A DNA stretch of 64,000 nt from Burkholderiales bacterium. Lineage in GTDB: Bacteria > Pseudomonadota > Gammaproteobacteria > Burkholderiales > Ga0077523. The stretch spans positions 4,484 through 68,483 of the forward strand of contig JBIIUM010000002.1 in the NCBI GenBank assembly GCA_044339985.1, given 5' to 3'. Both the position numbers and the translations under genes were made by a program. Positions 40,324-48,403 of the stretch are shown here, piece by piece (position 1 is the stretch's first letter; each line of letters opens with the position of its first letter). The notes under the pieces are model-generated. The model was not told the DNA's origin. It did no database searches and worked only from the letters and a program-made list of their open reading frames with translations.

Positions 40324-41419
40324 GGCGCGGGCCGCTGGCGCCAGCGCGTGCGCCGCGCAGCGAACGCGCCGTCACCACCAGCAGCGTGAGGGTGGTGAGG
40401 GGCATCACGAACCACAGCATCACCTGGCTGTAGCGCGGCAGGGCATCGTGGCCGGCGGCATCGAGCACCAGGAACGCCGTGTAGGCCACGTAGTAGCCCA
40501 GGAACACCGCGCCCTCCCAGCGGGCAATGGACCAGCCGGTGAAGAAGATGGGCAGGCAGGCCACTGCCACCGCCAGCATCACCGGCAGATCGAAGGCCAG
40601 CACCGACGCCGGCACCGGCAGCCCCTGGACCGACACCAGTGCGGACAGCCCGAGAACGCCAAGAATGTTGAACACGTTGCTGCCCACCACATTGCCTACG
40701 GCGATATCGCGCTCTCCGCGGATGCTGGCCATCACCGAGGCGGCCACCTCCGGCAGCGAGGTCCCGGCTGCCACGATGGTGAGGCCCACCACGGTTTCGC
40801 TGATTCCCAGCCAGCCCGCGAAGGTGACAGCGGACTGCACCAGCAGGCGAGAGCCCATGACCAGCAGCACCAGCCCCGCAGCCACCAGCAGCACCTGCCA
40901 GGGCCAGGCGCCGCGTACCCGCGCGCCCTCGCTGCCCACTGTGTTTTGATACTCCGCCAATACCCGCGCATCGCGCTCGCGCAGCGCCAGCCGCACCTGC
41001 AGCGCCGTGTAGGCCGCCAGAGCCGCAAGCAGCGCCGCGCCCTCCGGCAGCGAGAGACGGCTGTCCCGGACCATGAAGGCGAGCACGAACGTGGCCGCGA
41101 TCATCACCGGCACATCCAGGCGCACCAGTTGCTGGTGCACCACCAAGGGCGTGATCAGCGCCGCGAGCCCGAGGATGAAAAGCACGTTGAAGATGTTGCT
41201 GCCCACCACGTTGCCCATGGCGATGGCCGTCTCGCCGCTGGCGGCGGCCTGTACGCTCACGGCCATTTCCGGCGCGCTGGTGCCGAAGGCCACCACCGTG
41301 AGCCCGATCACCAGCGGCGGTATGCCCAGCGCCTCCGCCAGTCGTGAAGCGCCGCGCACCAGCAATTCGGCACCGGCCACCAGCAGGGCGAGACCCAGGG
41401 CGAACACCAGCAGTGTCAT
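40316..41419 (-). CDS. calcium/cation antiporter, CaCA (YrbG-type) family
   Basis: The ATG at 41419 gives a 367-aa protein with two alpha-repeats, GTSAPEMAVS...GNVVGSNIFN and GTSLPEVAAS...GNVVGSNVFN. Its stop (TAG, 40316-40318) lies 8 nt inside the mnhA start. Confidence 0.85.
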   Translation of the reverse strand: MTLLVFALGLALLVAGAELLVRGASRLAEALGIPPLVIGLTVVAFGTSAPEMAVSVQAAASGETAIAMGNVVGSNIFNVLFILGLAALITPLVVHQQLVRLDVPVMIAATFVLAFMVRDSRLSLPEGAALLAALAAYTALQVRLALRERDARVLAEYQNTVGSEGARVRGAWPWQVLLVAAGLVLLVMGSRLLVQSAVTFAGWLGISETVVGLTIVAAGTSLPEVAASVMASIRGERDIAVGNVVGSNVFNILGVLGLSALVSVQGLPVPASVLAFDLPVMLAVAVACLPIFFTGWSIARWEGAVFLGYYVAYTAFLVLDAAGHDALPRYSQVMLWFVMPLTTLTLLVVTARSLRGARAGASGPRHD

Positions 41420-41597
41420 GATGGCATCGGGATGAGGGTGGAGTGTGGAGTGCAGGGTGCAAGGGCGCGCCGGCACGGCGGTGCCACGCGACCGGTCCTC
41501 AGACCGGCTGTCTTGCGAAAGGTTTTCCGCACGGGCGCGGAGTTTGCAATGCCGTTGCCTGCAGGGCCCGCCGGGCCCGGAAACTGGAGCCTTGGCC

Positions 41598-42044
41598 ATG
41601 GGACGTACCGCATTTGCCCTCACGCTAGCGGCAATTGTTGCCGGTTGCGGCAGCAAGCCGCTCATCCCCGACAAGAATGTTGCATTCTCGCCCGGGTTTC
41701 AGCCGCCGGTGGAGGCGGTCGTGTTCACCGTGCTCGCGGGCGTGGCCGCCTATTACGTCATCGAACCTACCGCCCCCAACTGGGAAGTGAAGACCGAGCG
41801 CGTGGACGACACGCGCGTTGTCATCAGCTTGCGCAAAAAACGCTTCTCCACGGGGGGCGACGGCGAAGCGCGGGCGCTGTTCAAGCGCAAGGCCGGCGAG
41901 ATCGCCAACGGCAGCGGGTTCGAGAGCTTCAGCATCCTGTCTTTCGAGGAAGGTGTGGATTCCGAGACCACCGTCGCCCGGCGCGTGTCGCGCGGGATGG
42001 TGCGTCTGGAAGGGCTTCGGCAGAGGCCACCGGGCCAGGGCTGA
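41598..42044 (+). CDS. hypothetical lipoprotein
   Basis: The ATG at 41598 has GGAG 8 nt upstream. It has lipobox IVAGC. The 148-aa product belongs to no family I recognise. Confidence 0.55.
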   Translation: MGRTAFALTLAAIVAGCGSKPLIPDKNVAFSPGFQPPVEAVVFTVLAGVAAYYVIEPTAPNWEVKTERVDDTRVVISLRKKRFSTGGDGEARALFKRKAGEIANGSGFESFSILSFEEGVDSETTVARRVSRGMVRLEGLRQRPPGQG

Positions 42045-42064
42045 GCCCCGGAGACCTGGCGGTG

Positions 42065-43438
42065 TCAGGCGGGCTTGCGCGCCAACAGCGCCTTGAAGGG
42101 TAGTTGCGCTTCGCACCACGCGGCGGCAGCCAGCAGGTAATTGGATTCCCCGCGCCGTCCCACCACCTGGAGGCCCAGCGGAAGCCCCTTCGGCCCCAGA
42201 CCGGTGGGCAGGGTGATGGCGGGCGTGCACAACAGTGTCCAGGGCGTGCAGAAGGCCGGGTCGCCGGTATTGTCGAGTCCGTGGGGTGCCTCGCCAGCCG
42301 CGGGCACGGTGATCACCGCGCCGTAGCCCCGGTCCAGGAAGCGTTCGAAGGCCGGCAGCAGCGCCTGGTGGGCTTTCATGGCGTCCCTGTAGGCGCTGTC
42401 GCTGATGGCCTCGCCTTCATCGAGGGCCCGATTGAGGGTGTCGCTCAGGGCGTCGCGATGCAGCGTGCGCATCGGCTTTGCGAGTTGCGCAGCCTCCCGC
42501 AACATGATCAGACGATGCACCTTCCATACATCGTCGAACGCCCGCGGAAGCTCCACCTCGTCCACTGCCGCGCCTGCGGCTCGCAGAAGCTCGATATCGG
42601 CGGCGAAGCGTTGCGCCTGGGCGGGCTGGACGCGGTCCCACAACGCCGTGCGCACGGCCGCGAGCCGCGGCGCGCTGCGCGCCGGGATGATCCGATGTCC
42701 TAGGACCCCCGTTCGCCGGGTGAGCCAGGAGGCCAGCAGACCCGCATCGGCCACCGAGCGGGCGAACACGCCGGGCTGATCGAAGGTGGGGCTGAAGGCC
42801 AGCACGCCCGCCGTGGAGATGAGGTCGCGATCGGGTTTGAAGCCCACCACGCCGCAGAAGGCGGCGGGCCGGATGACCGAGCCATTGGTTTGCGTGCCGA
42901 TGGCCGCGGGCACCATGCCGCAGGCCACGGCGGCTGCCGAACCGCTGGAGGAGCCGCCCGGCGAGTGGGCCGGGTTCCAGGGGTTCGTGGTGCGGGAGGG
43001 CTGCATGAAGGCGAATTCCGTGGTGACGGTCTTGCCCATCACCAGGGCGCCCGAGGCTGCCATCCGCTGGACGAGTTCCGCGCTGCCGGCGGGTTGGTGG
43101 CTTGCGTAGCGTTCCGAGCCCATGCCGGTGGGATAGCCCGCCACGTCGATGATGTCCTTCACGCCCACGGGCACGCCGTACAGGAAGCCGCGTTCAGCCC
43201 AGGGCAGCGCCGCGGCCGGATCCGCCGCGGCGGCCCCTCGAGAAGCGGCAAGATCATGGTCGGCCGCGCGCGCAGCCTCCAGCACCCGGGCGCGATCGAA
43301 AGCCTGCCACGCCATCACCCGTGGCTCCAGCGCGTGGATGCGCTCGGCGCAGGCCCACACCAGCGCCTCGCTGGTGACGGTGCCGGCGGCCAGTTGCGCG
43401 GCGGCCTCTCGCAAACCGAGTGCGTGCAGTGCCTTCAT
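42065..43438 (-). CDS. amidase (amidase signature family, GatA-like)
   Basis: The ATG at 43438 has a GAGGGA RBS. The AS signature region is GGSSSGSAAAVACGMVPAAIGTQTNGSVIRPAAFCG. Confidence 0.85.
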   Translation of the reverse strand: MKALHALGLREAAAQLAAGTVTSEALVWACAERIHALEPRVMAWQAFDRARVLEAARAADHDLAASRGAAAADPAAALPWAERGFLYGVPVGVKDIIDVAGYPTGMGSERYASHQPAGSAELVQRMAASGALVMGKTVTTEFAFMQPSRTTNPWNPAHSPGGSSSGSAAAVACGMVPAAIGTQTNGSVIRPAAFCGVVGFKPDRDLISTAGVLAFSPTFDQPGVFARSVADAGLLASWLTRRTGVLGHRIIPARSAPRLAAVRTALWDRVQPAQAQRFAADIELLRAAGAAVDEVELPRAFDDVWKVHRLIMLREAAQLAKPMRTLHRDALSDTLNRALDEGEAISDSAYRDAMKAHQALLPAFERFLDRGYGAVITVPAAGEAPHGLDNTGDPAFCTPWTLLCTPAITLPTGLGPKGLPLGLQVVGRRGESNYLLAAAAWCEAQLPFKALLARKPA

Positions 43439-43511
43439 GCTTCCCTCTGTATTGTCGTGGCGTTCCCGAGAGCCGGGTGCTGCCGGTGGCGTTCGCAATG
43501 CACCCGAGCGT

Positions 43512-44501
43512 TCAGCCGCCCGCGCGTTGCGCCAGCACCTCCGGGTTCAGGAGGTGCGGGGGCGTGCCGCCGGTGAGGGCCGCGATGCAGTTGCGCGCCG
43601 CCGTATCTGCCATGGCGCGGCGCGTGGGCTCGGAGGCCGAGGCGATATGCGGCGTGAGAACCGCGTTGTCCAATGCCAGGAAATCGGGGTTGAGCGCAGG
43701 TTCGTTCTCGAAGACATCCAGCGCGGCTGCCCGGATGCGCCGCGCCTTCAGCGCCGCGATGAGCGCCGCGTCGTCCACGATGCCGCCACGCGCCACGTTC
43801 ACCAGCACGGCCGTGGGTTTCATGAGCGTCAGCTCGGCCGCGCCGATCATGTGATGCACCTCGGCGCTGTAGGGCACCAGCAGCACCACCACATCGGATT
43901 CGCGCAGCAGGTCGTGCAGGCCCCGGTAGGCGGTGCCGTGGAGTGCCTCCTCCGCGGGCGGCAGGCGCCGACGGTTGCTGTAGAGCAGCTTCATGCCGAA
44001 GCCGCTGGCGCGGCGTGCCACCGCCTGCCCGATGCGTCCGAAGCCCACGATGCCCAGTGTGGCGCCGTGCACGTCTGCGCCGAGCATGAACTTGAGGTAG
44101 ACGCGCTGCCACTGTCCTGCACGCAGCAGCCGCTCGGCCTCGCCCATGCGCCGGCAGGCAGCGATCACCAGCCCCATGGTGTGGTCGGCCACGCTCTCGG
44201 TGAGCACACCGGGGGTGTTGGTGGCCATGATGCCGCGCGCACTCAAGGCACCCACGTCGAGGTTGTTGTAGCCCACCCCCACGTTGGCCACCACCTTGAG
44301 GCGCGTGGCTCCCGCAACCACGTCGCCATCGATGCGGTCCGTGGTGGAGGCCAGCACCCCGTCCATGTCCGCCAGCCGGTGGCGCAAGCCGGCAGCGGTG
44401 AAGGGCTGGTCGCCCTGGTTGGATTCGACGTGGAAATGCTCCGCCAGCATGGCCAGGGTCTCGTCGAAGACCTCCCGGCACACGAGCACGCGCGGTTTCA
44501 T
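43512..44501 (-). CDS. D-2-hydroxyacid dehydrogenase (glyoxylate/hydroxypyruvate reductase GhrB-like)
   Basis: MKPRVLVCREV...; NAD motif LGIVGFGRIGQAVARR; catalytic region NVARGGIVDD and TPHIASAS. An alternative GTG start lies at 44513. Confidence 0.85.
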   Translation of the reverse strand: MKPRVLVCREVFDETLAMLAEHFHVESNQGDQPFTAAGLRHRLADMDGVLASTTDRIDGDVVAGATRLKVVANVGVGYNNLDVGALSARGIMATNTPGVLTESVADHTMGLVIAACRRMGEAERLLRAGQWQRVYLKFMLGADVHGATLGIVGFGRIGQAVARRASGFGMKLLYSNRRRLPPAEEALHGTAYRGLHDLLRESDVVVLLVPYSAEVHHMIGAAELTLMKPTAVLVNVARGGIVDDAALIAALKARRIRAAALDVFENEPALNPDFLALDNAVLTPHIASASEPTRRAMADTAARNCIAALTGGTPPHLLNPEVLAQRAGG

Positions 44502-44690
44502 GTTTGCTGCCACCCCCGTGGTCTGTTCAATCGGCCACCGTGCCGACCGGCAGCCGGAATCTTAAACGCTGTTCGCCTTGGTTCGCCTTGCCCGACGCGT
44601 ATTCGACAACTTGTCCGAAGCGGGCAGCTCCGCGGTGTGGGATACCATAACCGGCGTCTCCACATAGCTACCCGCGCAGGAGGCGCGAGC

Positions 44691-45821
44691 ATGGCCACCA
44701 TCAACTACCTCACCACCGTTCAGTTCGACCATGGTGCCCTGAAGCTCGCCGGCAGTGAGTGCCGGCGTCTGGGTATCTCGCGTCCGCTGGTGGTCACCGA
44801 TGCCGGCGTGCGCGCAGCCGGTTTGCTGGGCCTTCTGGAAGCGCAACTCAAAGATCTGGCGGTGACGGTGTATGACGGCACGCCTGCCAATCCCACGGAG
44901 GCGGCGGTGCTGGCGGCCGTGGAGAGCTATCGCGCGGCGGGCGCCGACGGGCTGGTGGCCATCGGCGGCGGCTCGTCCATCGACCTGGCCAAGGCGGTGG
45001 CGCTGCTCGCCACCCATGCACCGCCTCTGGTGCAGTACGCCGCCGTGGAGGGAGGGGCGGCCCGGATCACCGCAGCGGTGGCGCCATTGATCGCCATTCC
45101 CACCACGGCCGGTACCGGCAGCGAGGTGGGCCGCGCCAGCGTGGTCGTGTTGAACGACGGCCGCAAGCTCGGCTTCCTGTCGCCGCACCTGCTGCCCAAG
45201 GTGGCGCTGTGCGATCCGGACCTCACCTTGGGGCTGCCGCCGTTGCTCACCGCGGCCACGGGCATGGATGCCATGGCGCATTGCATCGAGACATTCCTCT
45301 CGCCGCTGGTCAATCCGCCCGCCGAGGCCATTGCGCTGGACGGGCTGGCGCGCGCCGGCGCGTGCCTGGAACGCGCCACCCGCGACGGCAGTGATCGCGA
45401 GGCGCGCTGGAACATGATGATGTCTGCCATGGAAGGCGCCATGGCGTTTCAGAAAGGTCTGGGCGCGGTACACGCCCTGTCCCATCCCCTGGGCGCTCTG
45501 CCCGGTCTCAAGCTGCACCATGGCACCCTGAATGCGGTGCTGCTGCCGGCGGTGCTGCGCTTCAATGCGGGTCATGTGGGCGGCAAGCTGGAGCGCATCG
45601 CCCAGGCGCTGGGGCTGGCCGCGGGCGCTCACGTGGCCCAGGCCATCGCCGATCTCAACGTGCGCCTCGGTTTGCCCGCGGGACTCAAGTCCATGGGGGT
45701 GCCCCACGGGGCGCTCGACGGTATTGCCGCTGCCGCGCCGAAGGATCACTGCCACGCCACCAACCCTCGGACGCCCAGCATCGACCAGTATCGTCAATTG
45801 CTGGAAGAAGCGTACCTGTAG
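44691..45821 (+). CDS. iron-containing (group III) alcohol dehydrogenase
   Basis: The ATG at 44691 is preceded by CAGGAGG. Motifs are GGGSSIDLAKAV, PTTAGTGSEV and metal His residues in AMAHCIE and HALSHPLG. The long ORF 43149..45821 upstream of the ATG is a shadow extension. Confidence 0.85.
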   Translation: MATINYLTTVQFDHGALKLAGSECRRLGISRPLVVTDAGVRAAGLLGLLEAQLKDLAVTVYDGTPANPTEAAVLAAVESYRAAGADGLVAIGGGSSIDLAKAVALLATHAPPLVQYAAVEGGAARITAAVAPLIAIPTTAGTGSEVGRASVVVLNDGRKLGFLSPHLLPKVALCDPDLTLGLPPLLTAATGMDAMAHCIETFLSPLVNPPAEAIALDGLARAGACLERATRDGSDREARWNMMMSAMEGAMAFQKGLGAVHALSHPLGALPGLKLHHGTLNAVLLPAVLRFNAGHVGGKLERIAQALGLAAGAHVAQAIADLNVRLGLPAGLKSMGVPHGALDGIAAAAPKDHCHATNPRTPSIDQYRQLLEEAYL

Positions 45822-45868
45822 GCATCACGGGGCGACGCGGTCGCCCGCCGTTTTCAGGAGGGCCGTTG

Positions 45869-46558
45869 ATGAGCGTGACGCACTTGCGAGAGCCTGTCGC
45901 CCCTGTGCCGGCGCCCTGGAACCTGGAGGGCGAGGGCTTCATTCTCTGCTATCGATTCCCGCGGGACCCCACCGCCGTGGACGGGCTGGTTCCCGGGCCC
46001 TGGCGCGACTGTTACCTCGGCGGCGTGGGGGCGGTCATGCTGGTGGATTACCACCGCTCGGACGCGGGCCCTTACCGGGAGTTGCTGGTGGCGCCGGGCA
46101 GGTTCCGCTTTCCAGGCGGCGCGGGTTTCGCTATCACGCGCATCTACGTGTCCACCCACGAGAGCGTGTTCAACGGCCGGGAGAACTGGGGCATTCCGAA
46201 AGAGCAGGCGGACTTCCACATCAGCGCGCCCGAGGAGCGTTCGCGCCGGTTCGTCGTGCGCAGCGGGCAGCAAACCGTCGCTGACCTGACCCTGCGCACC
46301 AGCGGCTGGGGTGTGCCCTTCACCACGGCGTTCGTTCCCCTGGCCCTACGCACGCTGGTGCAACCGGCCGGCGACCGGCTGCTGGCCACGGCCCCGGGCG
46401 GCCAGGGGTGGGTCGGGCTGTCGCGTCCCACCAAAGCCTGGGTGAATGGAAATCTGTTTCCCGACTTCACCCGCCTGCCACGGCTGGCAGCGTTTCATGC
46501 GCGGCGTTTCCGGCTTCATTTTCCGGTGGCGCGTGTTCTTTCCGCGGCCGCGGTCTGA
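45869..46558 (+). CDS. acetoacetate decarboxylase (ADC) family protein
   Basis: The ATG at 45869 lies 7 nt after AGGAGG. Stretches PWNLEGEGFILCYRF...GAVMLVDYHRSDAGPYRELLV...RIYVSTHESVFNGRENWGIPKE resemble the ADC-like beta-cone family. Confidence 0.65.
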   Translation: MSVTHLREPVAPVPAPWNLEGEGFILCYRFPRDPTAVDGLVPGPWRDCYLGGVGAVMLVDYHRSDAGPYRELLVAPGRFRFPGGAGFAITRIYVSTHESVFNGRENWGIPKEQADFHISAPEERSRRFVVRSGQQTVADLTLRTSGWGVPFTTAFVPLALRTLVQPAGDRLLATAPGGQGWVGLSRPTKAWVNGNLFPDFTRLPRLAAFHARRFRLHFPVARVLSAAAV

Positions 46559-46562
46559 TGTC

Positions 46563-47378
46563 ATGAAGCTCGAGGGCTGCCGCATCATCCTCACGGGTGC
46601 CGCCTCGGGAATCGGCAAGGCGTTGCTGCATCAGTTGAGCCGCCTGGCGGTTCAGGTGGTCGTGAGTGACATGGACGCGGCTGCTCTGAAGGACGCGGTG
46701 CAGCAGCTTCCGGCGGGTGGGAACGCCCGGATCGAGCCCTTTGCCTGCGACGTGGCCGACCCGCTCCAGGTGGACCAGCTTTTCGACCACGCCGTGCGGT
46801 CCCTGGGTGGTGTGGACCTGTTCTTCGCCAACGCCGGCTTTGCCTACTACGAGCGCATGGGCGCACCCGACTGGGAGCGCCTGGAGCGCATCTACCGGGT
46901 CAACGTCCTGTCGCCGCTGTACAGCGCACGCAAGATGGCGGCCCTCAACGCCGGACGCCGCCACCGGGTAGTGTTTACCGCCTCTGCCATGGGCATGATC
47001 GCGCTGCCCGGCTATGCCGTGTACGGGTCCACCAAGGCTGCCCTGCATCACTTCGCCGACGCCTATCGCTTCGAAGTGGGCGACGCCAACAGCCTGACGT
47101 TGGTGTATCCCATCGGAACCCGCACCGGGTTTTTCCGGGCAGCAGCCACCCGTGCAGCCCCCCAGCCGTGGCCCACCCAAAGTCCGCAGCAAGTGGCTCG
47201 CGCCATCCTCGTGGGAATCCGGCGAGATGCGCGGGTGATCCACCCGTCCTCCCTGTTCAGGTTCATGGCGGTCGCGCAGCGTATCGCCCCCCCGGTCAAA
47301 TGGATCATCCAGACGCTGGAGAAACGTCGTTTCCAGCGCTGGCTGGCCGATGAGGAGGCCCGAGGCGCACCGTCGTGA
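46563..47378 (+). CDS. SDR family oxidoreductase
   Basis: The ATG at 46563 lies 4 nt after the ADC-like stop. It has TGAASGIGKAL (the TGxxxGxG motif), NAGF and YGSTKAAL (the YxxxK motif). Confidence 0.85.
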   Translation: MKLEGCRIILTGAASGIGKALLHQLSRLAVQVVVSDMDAAALKDAVQQLPAGGNARIEPFACDVADPLQVDQLFDHAVRSLGGVDLFFANAGFAYYERMGAPDWERLERIYRVNVLSPLYSARKMAALNAGRRHRVVFTASAMGMIALPGYAVYGSTKAALHHFADAYRFEVGDANSLTLVYPIGTRTGFFRAAATRAAPQPWPTQSPQQVARAILVGIRRDARVIHPSSLFRFMAVAQRIAPPVKWIIQTLEKRRFQRWLADEEARGAPS

Positions 47379-47693
47379 GCTTCGGTTAGCCCCGGCCTGT
47401 GCGTGAGGATGGGGTTTTCGCCCTGACTGTCGGGCGATCGGCCGGTTCATCGGGCCAAGACTATGCCCCTGGAGTAAAGCAGAGCCTGCCGTTGCGCGGT
47501 GATGCGCCCAACTACGAATCCTCGCCTGCAAACATTTGCAATCCTCGCAGGCTATTCAGGGGGGCTTGTGGGACAGGGGAGCCGTAAGACCAATCCACTG
47601 TGGATGTCTTGTCCAGAAGATGTCCATGTTAAATCTTTTTTTCATGAAAACAAACCTGTGCCAAAAGAGGGAGTATCAGGCTAAAAATTTGAT

Positions 47694-47722
47694 TTGACTT
47701 GCGTGCGGCGCAGCAATAATCT
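47694..47722 (+). promoter_or_regulatory. sigma70-like promoter candidate for the adhesin-E-like gene
   Basis: TTGACT (47694-47699) is followed 15-17 nt later by the overlapping -10 candidates AATAAT, ATAATC and TAATCT (47715-47722). It sits in an AT-rich intergenic region about 90 nt upstream of the start codon. Confidence 0.3.
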
Positions 47723-47807
47723 GTCGACACCTTTTGATGAACTGGTGTTGTACAGTACAAGCTAAAGAAAGCGCCTTGCCCTGAGCTCAAATTTTCCTTG
47801 TTTCCGG

Positions 47808-48245
47808 ATGCCAACCACCATGAAAAATGCCACTGTGTTTCTCGCTGTCGCCGCCGCGCTGATGGCTCCCGTCCATGCCGTCGCCGCTCCCTCGGGTTGG
47901 CAACTGGTCACGGCTGAGGCCGCGCAGGCCGTCTTCTATCAGCCGAGGTCGGTGAACCTGATCCCCGACGGTCTTGAAGTGTCTGTCCTCGAGGACTTTC
48001 GCAACACCGAATACCTGGGTGAACCCGTGTTCCCCCACAAGTCGCGTCTCAGCACGTTCCGCGTGGATTGCGAACGCGCCGAGGCGGGCCTGGTTTCCTG
48101 GACTCTGTACGATGCCAATTTCGGCCAGGGCGAAGTCGTCTGGTCCGACAAGGCGGAAGAGGTTTCCATGTTCCGTGCGGCCTCTGAACCGGCGGTTGAG
48201 CGGCTTGTCCAGCGCGTGTGCGCGCCGTTCGTCGCGCGTCGTTGA
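47808..48245 (+). CDS. secreted hypothetical protein, surface-adhesin-E-like domain
   Basis: Signal peptide MKNATVFLAVAAALMAPVHAVAA, with ATG at 47808 or 47820. The pattern W-x-LV...VFYQPRSV...FRVDC...W.LYD..FGQGEVVW resembles the adhesin E-type domain. GC content is visibly lower than in neighbouring genes. Confidence 0.55.
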   Translation: MPTTMKNATVFLAVAAALMAPVHAVAAPSGWQLVTAEAAQAVFYQPRSVNLIPDGLEVSVLEDFRNTEYLGEPVFPHKSRLSTFRVDCERAEAGLVSWTLYDANFGQGEVVWSDKAEEVSMFRAASEPAVERLVQRVCAPFVARR

Positions 48246-48284
48246 GCGCCACCTCAGCGATCGAGCAGGACTTTTACAAGGCGC

Positions 48285-48304
48285 CCCTGGAATCGCTTCC
48301 AGGG
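48285..48304 (+). terminator. weak terminator-like hairpin after the adhesin-E-like gene
   Basis: An 8-bp stem CCCTGGAA/TTCCAGGG with a 4-nt loop is followed by the only moderately U-rich AUGUCGCUUUCC. Confidence 0.3.
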
Positions 48305-48403
48305 ATGTCGCTTTCCGGGGCGGCGTGCAAGGAGGACTGATCCGGGCCCTCCGCTCGACGACGCGGGCATCATTGGCGCCATCGCTTCGGTTCATGATTC
48401 CCC

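Noticed and set aside
43149-44690. The 5' 1.5 kb of ORF 43149..45821 (890 aa), which would fuse a large N-terminal region to the iron alcohol dehydrogenase.
   Set aside because: That part runs antisense through the amidase and GhrB genes and has shadow-ORF composition. A strong CAGGAGG RBS plus the ATG at 44691 gives a normal 376-aa ADH.
47513-47548. GAATCCTC(G) strings resembling a tRNA T-loop/T-stem (compare GGTTCGAATCCTCTC in the tRNA-Pro at 60160-60175) as a possible tRNA-derived att remnant.
   Set aside because: There is no complementary T-stem 5' half, acceptor-stem sequence or CCA context, and no integrase nearby. The similarity is only 8-9 nt.
47626-47634. ATGTTAAAT, identical to the end of the XerD arm of the E. 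coli dif site, inside the AT-rich islet.
   Set aside because: In the 28-bp frame (TCTTGTCCAGA-AGATGT-CCATGTTAAAT) the XerC arm and central region do not resemble dif. There is no inverted-arm symmetry. It is probably a chance match in AT-rich DNA.
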